A stretch of 64,000 nt of DNA, taken from the NCBI GenBank assembly GCA_017461985.1, contig JAFTSA010000004.1, positions 198,053-262,052 on the forward strand, given 5' to 3'. The position numbers were made by a program, and so were the translations under genes. This document shows, piece after piece, positions 8,748 to 17,275 of the stretch (position 1 is the stretch's first letter; each line of letters begins with the position of its first letter). A model generated the notes under the pieces. It worked only from the letters and a program-made list of their open reading frames with translations, was not told the origin of the DNA and searched no databases. The stretch comes from Clostridia bacterium. GTDB lineage: Bacteria; Bacillota; Clostridia; Christensenellales; CAG-917.

Positions 8748-9880
8748 AGCGCAAAATCATAGATTTTGACATATCTTTGGGGCTTGTCGCAATCATATTA
8801 TCTGCGGTTGGACTTGTCTTCATATATTCTGCATCAAGCTATTCAGCCGAGGTGCAACTTGGCGACTCTTTCCACTATGTGAAAACACAAGGGCTGGCAT
8901 TATTTGTAGGCGTCCTCTTTATGGTAGGCATGACCTTTGTTGACCTAAGAAAGGTGAAAAAGGTGGCACTGCCCATATACATAGTTTCACTTGTGCTTTT
9001 AGGTCTTGTTTTCCTGCCTGTTTTAGGTGTTGAAAGTTATGGTGCAAAGCGGTGGCTTAATCTTGGATTTTTCACCATACAGCCCAGTGAATACGCAAAG
9101 TTCGGCATGGTGATTATGCTCGCAAAGGTTATGGCGGACAAGGGGGCGGACACATTCCCGAAACTAATGTTGCTGTTTTTGATTGGGGGAGTTGTTGCGC
9201 TTCTTCTCATACTTGAGCCGAACATGTCCATCACCATATGCGTTGTTTTGGTGCTAGTATTGATGATATTTGTGGGCGGAGCAAAACTCAAACACTTGAT
9301 TGCAATAGGTTTGCCTGTTTTAGCGGCAGGAGTGGCTCTCATATTTTCAGAGCCGTATCGAATACGCCGATTGCTTGCCTTTGTGGACCCGTGGGCGTCA
9401 CCTCTTGACGAAGGTTATCAACTGATTCAGTCATATTATGCTCTTGGGTCGGGCGGATTGTTTGGAGTGGGCATAGGCAACTCTAGACAAAAATATTTGT
9501 TTTTGCCCTTTGCGGAAAGTGATTTCATTTTGTCTGTAATTGGTGAGGAAATAGGGTTTGTCGGGATACTGCTTGTGGTGGCACTTTTCTTGTTTATAGT
9601 GGTCAAAGGCTGGATGGTGGCAGTCCGTGCAAAAGACAGATTTTCATCATATCTTGCAACAGGAATAACCGCTGTCCTTGCAGTGCAGACTGCACTGAAT
9701 ATTGCAGTGGTATGCGGTGCAATTCCGCCAACGGGATTGCCTCTTCCTTTTGTCAGCGCAGGGGGCAGTTCGCTTGTGGCATATCTTATGGCAATAGGGA
9801 TTTTGATGAACGTGTCGAGGCAATCAAAAATCGGCAATCTTGTCGGAGTAAACAACTGGGAATTGAGTTATGGGAAATGA
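8744..9880 (+). CDS. ftsW: SEDS-family peptidoglycan glycosyltransferase FtsW/SpoVE
   Basis: 10-TM profile, SEYAKF, and PLPFVSAGGSS near the C-terminus; ATGA overlap with murD. Confidence 0.9.
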   Translation: MKRKIIDFDISLGLVAIILSAVGLVFIYSASSYSAEVQLGDSFHYVKTQGLALFVGVLFMVGMTFVDLRKVKKVALPIYIVSLVLLGLVFLPVLGVESYGAKRWLNLGFFTIQPSEYAKFGMVIMLAKVMADKGADTFPKLMLLFLIGGVVALLLILEPNMSITICVVLVLVLMIFVGGAKLKHLIAIGLPVLAAGVALIFSEPYRIRRLLAFVDPWASPLDEGYQLIQSYYALGSGGLFGVGIGNSRQKYLFLPFAESDFILSVIGEEIGFVGILLVVALFLFIVVKGWMVAVRAKDRFSSYLATGITAVLAVQTALNIAVVCGAIPPTGLPLPFVSAGGSSLVAYLMAIGILMNVSRQSKIGNLVGVNNWELSYGK

Positions 9881-11123
9881 GTATTTTGAGATAGTTGGAG
9901 GGAATCCTCTTTTTGGCAAAACAAAGGTTTATTCTGCAAAAAATGCGGTTTTACCTATGCTTGCAGGCGCAATGCTCACAAGCGAAAGCGTTGTAATAAA
10001 GGATTGTCCCCACATAAGTGATGTGGAAAATATGGTGAAAATACGAGAGTGTCTTTCACTTAAAACAACTTGGCATGGGAGAGATATTGTTGCCTCTGGC
10101 AAGGTTGACAACAATCATATTCCCGAGCACCTTGCGGGGGTGATGAGATCATCGGTTTTTATGCTAGGCCCGCTTCTTGTGGAAACAGGCAAAGTGAAAT
10201 TGCACACCCCCGGCGGTTGCAAAATCGGTGCTCGTCCCATTGATATTCACCTTGACGGACTTGAAAAACTAGGTGCAAAAATCCGCCTTTTAGATGACGG
10301 AGTGGAGTGCTCGGCGGATAGACTGCACGGAGCGGAAATAGTTCTTAGATATCCAAGTGTTGGAGCAACTGAAAATTTGATTTCTGCGGCAGTGAAAGCA
10401 AAAGGCAAAACCACACTCATAGGTGTTGCAAGAGAGCCTGAGGTGGTGTCACTTTGTGATATGCTCATTGGTATGGGAGCAAAAATCCAAGGGGCAGGCA
10501 CATCTGTCATAAAGATACAAGGAGTTGAAAATTTGTACGGCACAACGGTGACACCGGTCACAGACAGAATTGTTGCAGGTACTATAATGCTCGCGGTGGC
10601 ACTGACTGGGGGAAAAGTGCGAGTTGAGGGTTGTGACATAAGACATCTAGGCGCACTTGTCACAAAACTTGTGTCCAAACATTTTGTCGTCATTGACTCA
10701 GTTGGCGGAGTGACTGTTGAAAGTGATGGGCAAATTGAGCCTTTTGACGTTTTCAGTGGACCATACCCAAAATTCCCAACTGACTTACAACCGATAGCCA
10801 CCGCAGTGCTTTCTCAACTGAGAGGGGAAAGTTTGGTTGAAGAAAAAGTTTTTGAAAATAGATTTTTGTATGCAAATGAATTGCAAAAGATGGGTGCGGA
10901 AATCAATGTTTTCAAAGATAAATTGCTGATTAGAGGAAGAAGCCTTTTAGGTGCAGATGTCACTGCAACCGACTTGCGCGGAGGTGCCGGTCTTGTTGTT
11001 GCGGGGCTAAAAGCGAAAGGCGTCACAAAGGTCAGTGGGGTAGAGCATATTGACAGAGGCTATGAAAACATCGAATATTTATTCTCAAATCTTCAGGCAA
11101 AAATTGCCAGAAAAAATGTTTAA
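9870..11123 (+). CDS. murA: UDP-N-acetylglucosamine 1-carboxyvinyltransferase
   Basis: EPSP-synthase-fold sequence with the catalytic-Cys loop PGGCKIGARPIDIH. Confidence 0.9.
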   Translation: MGNEYFEIVGGNPLFGKTKVYSAKNAVLPMLAGAMLTSESVVIKDCPHISDVENMVKIRECLSLKTTWHGRDIVASGKVDNNHIPEHLAGVMRSSVFMLGPLLVETGKVKLHTPGGCKIGARPIDIHLDGLEKLGAKIRLLDDGVECSADRLHGAEIVLRYPSVGATENLISAAVKAKGKTTLIGVAREPEVVSLCDMLIGMGAKIQGAGTSVIKIQGVENLYGTTVTPVTDRIVAGTIMLAVALTGGKVRVEGCDIRHLGALVTKLVSKHFVVIDSVGGVTVESDGQIEPFDVFSGPYPKFPTDLQPIATAVLSQLRGESLVEEKVFENRFLYANELQKMGAEINVFKDKLLIRGRSLLGADVTATDLRGGAGLVVAGLKAKGVTKVSGVEHIDRGYENIEYLFSNLQAKIARKNV

Positions 11124-11177
11124 TTTACAAAGTAAATTAAAAAATTTGAAAATTTTTGAAAAAATATAAAAAAATTC

Positions 11178-11205
11178 TTGACAAGTCCGTATTATACTAT
11201 ATAAT
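11178..11205 (+). promoter_or_regulatory. sigmaA promoter for ftsA-ftsZ (TTGACA-16-TATAAT) with an A/T-rich upstream region
   Basis: TTGACA at 11178-11183 and TATAAT at 11200-11205. Confidence 0.6.
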
Positions 11206-11223
11206 TAGTTATAGAATAAATTA

Positions 11224-11258
11224 ACGTGTACGTGCACACACGCAATGTGTGCGCGTGC
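11224..11258. repeat. GC-rich alternating purine/pyrimidine element (ftsA 5' UTR)
   Basis: ACGTGTACGTGCACACACGCA (21 nt of perfect R/Y alternation) followed directly by ATGTGTGCGCGTGC (14 nt). Contains GCACAC/GTGTGC and CGTGT/ACACG stems. Confidence 0.7.
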
Positions 11259-11270
11259 TCAAGGGGACTT

Positions 11271-12440
11271 ATGGCAAATATTTTCACAAAAGACATCGCA
11301 GTGCTGGACGTCAGTTCTCGTCTTATCAGCGCCATCGTGGGCGTGAAAAAGGCGCAGAGCGTTTTCGGCATTAAAGCGGTTGTTGAAAAGGAACATTCAG
11401 GCTATGAACAGGGTGAATGGTTCGATGCTGATGATACTAGAAGTGTTGCCATGGCAGTCTTGAAAGAAGCAATGCGCAGTGCAGAGTCCCACACAAAGAG
11501 GATTTTCATTGGCGTCCCTGCAGAATTTACGGCTGTGGTGAAAAAAGACGTGGCAATCACCCTTGACAGAGAGCGTCGCATCGTTGATGCTGACATAGAT
11601 TTTCTTTTGAAGAAAGGGGATACGTTTGACGGAAGCAAGTTTGCTCTCATCAACTCATCACCCATCTCATTCTCAATCAACACTTCAGACAGGCTTTATC
11701 GTGACGTGCGTGGTCTTGTGGCATCAAAGGTTGTGGGCACAGTGTCCTATATCCTTTGCGAAAAGAGCTTCACACGTTTCTTTGATGAAATTGTTGCATC
11801 ACTTGGCTTCAAAGACGTGAAGTATATCTCAACTGCTTGGGCAGAAGGCATCACCATTTTTGAAAAGGAAGAACGTGATGATCCCTACGTCCTTGTTGAC
11901 ATCGGCTATATTTCATCATCAGTCATCGTGGGCAGAGGGGAAGGCGTTGAGTTTATGAGATCTTTCTCACTTGGTGGCGGACACATTTCTGCAGATATGT
12001 GCGAGGCTATGAACGTTGACTTTGAACTTGCAGAGCAAGCAAGAGAACTTGTCGACCTCAACCTCAACTACCAAGAAGGCTCGGTGCTTGTGGCAGATGC
12101 TGACCAAATCATCTGCGGAGCAGGTGCCTCAGAAGTTGTAAGAGAAAAATTGGATCTCTTTGCAGAGATCGTCTACGATATAATTGAGCAGTCAAAGGTG
12201 AAGTTGCCTCCTTATGCACCTGTGTATCTCACAGGCGAAGGTGTAGCTTCAATCCGTGGAGTCAAAAAATATCTCAGCTCCACCCTCGGCATGAACGTTG
12301 ACATCGTCATGCCCAAACTGCCCGGATATGCAAAACCCTGCAATTCATCAAAAATCTCACTGTTGGTGGTTGCTGAAACACTGTCCAATTCAAAGATTGG
12401 CGGATTATTTAAACGTGTAATAAACGGAGGTAACTTATGA
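11271..12440 (+). CDS. ftsA: Cell division protein FtsA (actin-like ATPase)
   Basis: Position upstream of ftsZ; actin-fold motifs (DIGYISSSV, GGGHIS); C-terminal amphipathic GGLFKRVING. AAGGGGA lies upstream of the ATG at 11271. Confidence 0.8.
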   Translation: MANIFTKDIAVLDVSSRLISAIVGVKKAQSVFGIKAVVEKEHSGYEQGEWFDADDTRSVAMAVLKEAMRSAESHTKRIFIGVPAEFTAVVKKDVAITLDRERRIVDADIDFLLKKGDTFDGSKFALINSSPISFSINTSDRLYRDVRGLVASKVVGTVSYILCEKSFTRFFDEIVASLGFKDVKYISTAWAEGITIFEKEERDDPYVLVDIGYISSSVIVGRGEGVEFMRSFSLGGGHISADMCEAMNVDFELAEQARELVDLNLNYQEGSVLVADADQIICGAGASEVVREKLDLFAEIVYDIIEQSKVKLPPYAPVYLTGEGVASIRGVKKYLSSTLGMNVDIVMPKLPGYAKPCNSSKISLLVVAETLSNSKIGGLFKRVINGGNL

Positions 12441-13849
12441 TAGATTTTGACAAATACGGACTCAACGATATTCCTGAAACTCCCGAAGTTGAAGAAGAGA
12501 ATGATGGCATCCTCGAACAAACTTTTGACGACGTCGTGGAAGAAGTCCAAAACTACAAGGACGAAAAACCCGTTGTCCATCAAGAGCCTGTTTCAAGAAA
12601 AACACCCGGCAAGGCAAATATCGTTGTCGTTGGTGTAGGCGGTGGCGGAAACAACGCTGTCAACAACATGATCCGCGCTGGCATCAAGAGCGCAAGTTTT
12701 GTTGTGATGAACACCGACCTTCAAGCACTCAATATGTCACTCGTTCCCCCTCAATGCAAGATTCAACTGGGCAATTCACAAACTGGTGGCCTTGGCGCAG
12801 GTTCAGATCCCGAAGTTGGCAGACTTGCTGCTGAAGAATCCCGCGAAACCATCAAGGCAGCACTGAAAGGCATCGACCTTTTGTTTGTCACAGCAGGTAT
12901 GGGTGGCGGAACAGGCACTGGTGCAGCACCCGTCATTGCAGAAATCGCAAAATCAATGGGCATTTTGACAGTTGCAGTCGTCACAAAGCCTTTCAACTTT
13001 GAAGGTGCACTTCGTATGAAGAATGCAGAAATGGGCATAAGAAACCTTCAAAACTTTGTGGATACACTCCTTGTCATCCCCAACCAAAAACTCATCGAAA
13101 TTCTTGACAAAAACGTTTCATTCAAGCGCGCATTTGAAATCGCAGATGACGTTCTCCGTCAAGGTGTCCAAGGCGTCAGCGACGTCATCGCAAACCCTGA
13201 ACTTATCAACCTCGACTTTGCAGACGTCAGAACAGTCCTTCGCAACAAAGGTCTTGCTCATATGGGTATCGGCTACGGCAAAGGTGAAAAGAGAGTCATC
13301 GAAGCAGTCCGTGGAGCAGTGTTTTCACCCCTCCTCGAAACGGACATCGAAGGCGCAACCGGCATCATCGTCAACATCAGCGGTGGTGAAGATATGCTCC
13401 TCAGCGAAGTCACCGAAGCATGCGACATCGTCAAACAAGTTGTTGATCCCACTGCAAACATCATCCTCGGCACAGCATTTGTCCCCGACAAGAAAGATAT
13501 TGAAATCACAATCATTGCAACCGGTTTCATGGACAAAAATGCAGCACCTGCACGTAGCATAGGTTCAACACCTATCGTCAGTGGCAAGCCCGTGGCAGCA
13601 GCACTTTCAACAGCAGAAGAAGTTGCAGCAACCATCGAAGAAGAACCCGTCAAGGAAGAAGAACCCGAACAACTCTTTGTTTCAAGACCTGTCTTCACAC
13701 GTCCTGCACCTGTGGTTGAAGCACCCGCACCTCAACCTGTGCAAGAACCTGTCTATGAAGAAGAAGTTCAAACTTCACGCATTGACTATACAAGAAGCGG
13801 AAAGCAAGTCCCCGCATTCCTTAGAAGAATCAGAGGCGACCGTCAATAA
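12437..13849 (+). CDS. ftsZ: Cell division GTPase FtsZ with an N-terminal acidic extension
   Basis: GVGGGGNNAVN and GGGTGTGAAP tubulin signature; C-terminal VPAFLRR peptide. GGAGG lies 6 nt upstream of the ATG; ATGA overlap with ftsA. Confidence 0.95.
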   Translation: MIDFDKYGLNDIPETPEVEEENDGILEQTFDDVVEEVQNYKDEKPVVHQEPVSRKTPGKANIVVVGVGGGGNNAVNNMIRAGIKSASFVVMNTDLQALNMSLVPPQCKIQLGNSQTGGLGAGSDPEVGRLAAEESRETIKAALKGIDLLFVTAGMGGGTGTGAAPVIAEIAKSMGILTVAVVTKPFNFEGALRMKNAEMGIRNLQNFVDTLLVIPNQKLIEILDKNVSFKRAFEIADDVLRQGVQGVSDVIANPELINLDFADVRTVLRNKGLAHMGIGYGKGEKRVIEAVRGAVFSPLLETDIEGATGIIVNISGGEDMLLSEVTEACDIVKQVVDPTANIILGTAFVPDKKDIEITIIATGFMDKNAAPARSIGSTPIVSGKPVAAALSTAEEVAATIEEEPVKEEEPEQLFVSRPVFTRPAPVVEAPAPQPVQEPVYEEEVQTSRIDYTRSGKQVPAFLRRIRGDRQ

Positions 13850-13873
13850 TTAGTCCTTGCTATAAAATTGTTG

Positions 13874-13905
13874 AAGCCCACGAATTTTCGTGGGCTTTTT
13901 TATTT
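13874..13905 (+). terminator. Intrinsic terminator after ftsZ
   Basis: AAGCCCACGA/TCGTGGGCTT stem followed by a T-run. Confidence 0.85.
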
Positions 13906-14002
13906 TACCTAATTAGAATATCTGTTTTGCATAATTTTCATTAAATTATTAATTTCTTAACGACACAAACGGAAAGCATTTGCATCTGCACAGTCCTACT
14001 AT

Positions 14003-14767
14003 ATGCCTGTGACGGTGTATGTGGAAATTGTGATCTTCAACAACCTTTTGATCGATCTTCTTTTGGGGATCACGACTTCATTATGCAGACGGCGTAAAGT
14101 GAAAAAGATCAGGCAAACATTGTCGGCCATCATCGGCACTGTTGTTGCAGTCTTGTATCCTCTTGCGCCATCCGTCATACAAATAGTTATCAAAATTTTA
14201 CTAGCCCCACTGCTTGTAGTCATTGTGGATAAGTACTCATCGGTGAAAGATTATCTTGTTTCATTAGTGTTGTACGTTGTTTTGACCTTTGCCTTAGGAG
14301 GGGGAGTGTATGGTCTGTCTAGTCTAATAGGGATTGACCTCAAAAGTTATGCCGTACTTGGTGTGCTTGTGCTGTCAATCCTCATTATGGAAGGCGTCTT
14401 GTGGTTTGTTTTGCACAAAAAGCCTGCTTATAGCAAGGAAACATTTGATGTTTCAGTTAAATATAAAGGGAAAGTTGTGTGGCTTAAAGGTTTTTATGAC
14501 AGCGGAAATACCTTGACTGACACTTTGACAGGAAGACCAGTGGTTTTGTTGTCAAAAACGGCAGTAGATTTAATTCGCCACGGGGATTCCGTCATTTATG
14601 ACGGATTTGTGGACGTAAAGACTGTAAATGGCGAAAGTTCTATGCCCATAATTGAACTTGAAGAGGTGAGGTGTGGACAAAATACGTATAGTTGCTTCGG
14701 CGCACTTACTGAGCAAGATATGAAAGGTTGTGATTTAATTTTGCAAAACACCTTGACGTATAAATGA
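14003..14767 (+). CDS. spoIIGA: Sigma-E processing peptidase SpoIIGA
   Basis: Five N-terminal TM segments and the aspartic protease motif FYDSGNTLTD; directly upstream of sigE. Confidence 0.85.
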   Translation: MPVTVYVEIVIFNNLLIDLLLGITTSLCRRRKVKKIRQTLSAIIGTVVAVLYPLAPSVIQIVIKILLAPLLVVIVDKYSSVKDYLVSLVLYVVLTFALGGGVYGLSSLIGIDLKSYAVLGVLVLSILIMEGVLWFVLHKKPAYSKETFDVSVKYKGKVVWLKGFYDSGNTLTDTLTGRPVVLLSKTAVDLIRHGDSVIYDGFVDVKTVNGESSMPIIELEEVRCGQNTYSCFGALTEQDMKGCDLILQNTLTYK

Positions 14768-14786
14768 AATTTGAAGGGGAATGCTT

Positions 14787-15494
14787 ATGCTACGTAAACT
14801 TTTGACAAAAATACTACGTTTTTTAGGCTTTAAGGCGGAAAATAGCGTAGATTACATATCTTCTGGTGAAAGTCTGCCGTCTCCATTGACACCTGAGCAA
14901 GAGCAAGAAACGGTAAGACGAATGTTGTCAGGAGATGAAAATGCACGACTTACATTGATAGAAAGAAATCTTCGTCTAGTTGTGTACATAGCAAAGAAAT
15001 TTGACAATACTAGAGTGGAACTTGACGATTTGGTGTCAATCGGCACAATTGGACTCATCAAGTCAATATCAGGCTATGACCCAAACAAAAACATAAAACT
15101 TGCCACCTTCGCATCAAGATGTATTGAAAATGAAATTTTGATGTATCTTAGAAAGACGAGCAAAATGAAAGCAGAGGTGTCTTTGTATGAGCCGTTGAAT
15201 ACGGACTATGAAGGCAACGTGCTTATGCTCAGCGACGTCCTAGGCAGTGACCCCGATGAAATTTATCACGGAGTAGAGGAAAAGGACGAGAAGGAAATGC
15301 TGAGAGCAACCTTTTCAAAACTAGGTGCAAGAGAGCGACAAATCGTTGAATTGCGCTTTGGTCTCGATGGAAAAGACGAGATGACGCAAAAAGAAATCGC
15401 AGATATGATGGGAATATCTCAGTCATATATTTCAAGGCTAGAGAAGAAAATCATATCTCAACTGAAAAAAGAAATCTTAAAACTTGGCTCATAA
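14787..15494 (+). CDS. sigE: Sporulation sigma factor E (pro-sigmaE)
   Basis: YISSGESLPSPLT pro-sequence junction, IERNLRLVVYIAKKF and ATFASRCIENEILMYLRK. A second ATG was chosen for SD spacing; the ORF begins at 14781. Confidence 0.9.
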   Translation: MLRKLLTKILRFLGFKAENSVDYISSGESLPSPLTPEQEQETVRRMLSGDENARLTLIERNLRLVVYIAKKFDNTRVELDDLVSIGTIGLIKSISGYDPNKNIKLATFASRCIENEILMYLRKTSKMKAEVSLYEPLNTDYEGNVLMLSDVLGSDPDEIYHGVEEKDEKEMLRATFSKLGARERQIVELRFGLDGKDEMTQKEIADMMGISQSYISRLEKKIISQLKKEILKLGS

Positions 15495-15569
15495 GTTTTC
15501 TAAAAATGCTCAATTTATAGAATAATACAACTCTTTACATAGCAAAACTGCTGTGTAAGGAGTTTTTTT

Positions 15570-16349
15570 ATGAATCGTGTACAAGTGACAGGAGTTGACA
15601 CTTCAACTCTTCCTAAACTGACTACAAAGGAACTAAATGAACTTTTGAAAAGAATTTCTGAAGGTGACGATGAAGCCCGTGAACTTTTTGTGAGAGCCAA
15701 TATGCGCCTTGTTCTTTCACTGGTTGGAAGATTTCCAAGAGCGCAGGAAAATGCCGATGATATGTTTCAAGTGGGTATGGTAGGGCTTATCAAAGCACTA
15801 AACAATTTTGACCATAGTTTAGGTGTGTGTTTTTCAACCTATGCCGTGCCTATGATTATCGGCGAAATCAAAAGATGCCTACGTGACCGTACAGGTGTGA
15901 AGGTTTCAAGAAGCCTTCGTGATATTGCCTACAAGGCATTGCAGGCAAGGGAAATGCTTGAAGAAGGCAATCGTCAGCCCGAACTTGTGGAAATCGCAGA
16001 CGAAATTGGCATCCCTTTGAAGGAGGTTGCTTGTGCACTTGATGCCGTCAGCGATACTTTGTCATTTTACGACCCTGTTTTTGGGGATGACGACGGCGAT
16101 GGAATGCTTCTTGTTGACCAACTTGCCGACCAAAAAGAGAATAGTGAAAGCTGGACGGAGAAGATTGCTCTTGGTGAAGCACTGAAACACGTGCCTGAAA
16201 GAGAGCTTATGGTGGTGAAAATGCGCTATTATGAGGGAAAAACTCAAGTTGAGATAAGCAAATTGACAGGAATAAGCCAAGCGCAAGTGAGCAGACTTGA
16301 AAAATCTGCCATAGCAAAGCTAAAACGGTGTATGGATGCTTGTGACTAG
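15570..16349 (+). CDS. sigG: Sporulation sigma factor G
   Basis: VQVTGVDTSTLPKL N-terminus, FSTYAVPMIIGEIKR; gene order spoIIGA-sigE-sigG. AAGGAG lies upstream. Confidence 0.9.
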   Translation: MNRVQVTGVDTSTLPKLTTKELNELLKRISEGDDEARELFVRANMRLVLSLVGRFPRAQENADDMFQVGMVGLIKALNNFDHSLGVCFSTYAVPMIIGEIKRCLRDRTGVKVSRSLRDIAYKALQAREMLEEGNRQPELVEIADEIGIPLKEVACALDAVSDTLSFYDPVFGDDDGDGMLLVDQLADQKENSESWTEKIALGEALKHVPERELMVVKMRYYEGKTQVEISKLTGISQAQVSRLEKSAIAKLKRCMDACD

Positions 16350-16636
16350 GGGGTCAACTCGTTGTTTTCCTCAGTGGAGCATATTGTGGCAGAGCCTACA
16401 AGTTCCACCAAAATGACGTCACTGCCAACTTTTATAATATTGTTCCAAGGGATGAAAAGATTTTCATTGTTGGTGAAGGACTTGAAAAAACTTTTCTTCC
16501 CGGGGACAACCAATCCTGTTATCCGTCCGCAAGAGGTAAAAATCATATCGCATACGTGGCCAAGTTCTTTGCCGTCCGCCATATTGATCACTCGTTTTGA
16601 GGATATTTCCTGAAAGGTGTATTGCCTTGTGTTCAT
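16346..16636 (-). CDS. ylmC: YlmC/YmxH-family sporulation protein (PRC-barrel)
   Basis: VINMADGKELGHVCDMIF...LFIPWNNIIKVGSDVILVEL resembles Bacillus YlmC. ATG at 16636; the ORF-track start at 16666 is a TTG. Confidence 0.8.
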   Translation of the reverse strand: MNTRQYTFQEISSKRVINMADGKELGHVCDMIFTSCGRITGLVVPGKKSFFKSFTNNENLFIPWNNIIKVGSDVILVELVGSATICSTEENNELTP

Positions 16637-16697
16637 ACAGAAATTTATGTATGAAAGAGGGCACAATATACTAAATATTGTTTTTTTCCGATAAAAC

Positions 16698-16726
16698 TTT
16701 ACATTTGACGCAATATGTTGTATAAT
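16698..16726 (+). promoter_or_regulatory. sigmaA promoter of nrdR (TTTACA-17-TATAAT) containing an NrdR-box-like 16-mer
   Basis: TTTACA at 16698-16703 and TATAAT at 16721-16726. ACGCAATATGTTGTAT at 16708-16723 matches 13 of 16 positions of acaCwAtATaTwGtgt. Confidence 0.5.
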
Positions 16727-16755
16727 TTTGTTGAATAAAACAACGAGGGATTTTT

Positions 16756-17244
16756 ATGAAATGTATCTATTGCGGATGTCTTGATAGCAAGGTCGTTGAC
16801 AGCAGACAAAACGAAGACGGCACGTCAATTCGTCGTCGCCGTGAATGTATCGGCTGTGGCAAGCGTTTCACCACCTATGAAACCATTGAAAGCACACCTA
16901 TTTTGGTTGTCAAAAAGGACGGAAGCCGTCAAATCTTTGATATCAACAAGGTCAAACTTGGCATCATGAAATCTTGCGAAAAGCGTCCTATTTCAATGAC
17001 GGCTATTGACAGACTCATCACAGACATTCAACGCAAAATCCTCAATAGTCTTGAGCAAGAAGTGTCTTCAACCCATATTGGTGAACTTGTCATGGAAGGC
17101 TTGAAAGAAGTGGACGAAGTGGCATACGTCCGCTACGCATCAGTGCACCGTCAATTCAAGGACATCAACACACTCCTCAATGAAATTGAAGGGCTTGTGA
17201 AACTGAAGGATACACTTTCATCTTACGACCAAAAGAAGAAATAA
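16756..17244 (+). CDS. nrdR: Transcriptional repressor NrdR
   Basis: Zinc ribbon CIYCG...CIGCGKRFTTYE plus an ATP-cone domain. Confidence 0.95.
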   Translation: MKCIYCGCLDSKVVDSRQNEDGTSIRRRRECIGCGKRFTTYETIESTPILVVKKDGSRQIFDINKVKLGIMKSCEKRPISMTAIDRLITDIQRKILNSLEQEVSSTHIGELVMEGLKEVDEVAYVRYASVHRQFKDINTLLNEIEGLVKLKDTLSSYDQKKK

Positions 17245-17250
17245 GTTTAG

Positions 17251-17275
17251 AACCCGACCATTGGTCGGGTTTTAT
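17251..17275 (+). terminator. Intrinsic terminator after nrdR
   Basis: ACCCGACCA/TGGTCGGGT stem followed by TTTTATT. Confidence 0.8.

Noticed and set aside
10247-10801. Long antisense ORFs inside well-supported genes. Examples: 10247..10801(-) in murA, 33976..34506(-) in ispH-rpsA, 30170..30754(-) in the flavoprotein gene, 18452..19042(-) in the FAD-protein gene, 21931..22455(-) in dac, 50765..51256(-) in pheT/mutS2, 13273..13698(-) in ftsZ, and 47654..48058(-) in pheS.
   Set aside because: Each lies fully opposite a gene with clear family motifs. They have low-complexity Ser/Thr/Pro/Ala-rich translations, no SD and no recognisable domains. This is typical of stop-poor antisense frames.
11138-11165. 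A CodY-box-like sequence (AATTTTTGAAAAAAT, with the tandem TTTGAAAA) upstream of the ftsA promoter.
   Set aside because: The region is an A/T-rich tract immediately upstream of a -35, so an UP element explains it equally well. 13 of 15 matches in such composition is not convincing.
13950-14002. Spo0A boxes upstream of spoIIGA (AACGACA at about 13960) and upstream of spoIIAA (TGCGACA and TGTCAAA at about 40170-40195 on the - strand).
   Set aside because: Each has one or two mismatches to TGTCGAA/TTCGACA, and I could not define the associated sigmaA/sigmaH promoter elements cleanly. They are plausible but not supportable from sequence alone.
15495-15569. A sigmaF/sigmaG-type promoter for sigG (TTATA-18-CATAGCA).
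   Set aside because: The match to the remembered consensus is weak at both elements, so I did not list it as a feature.
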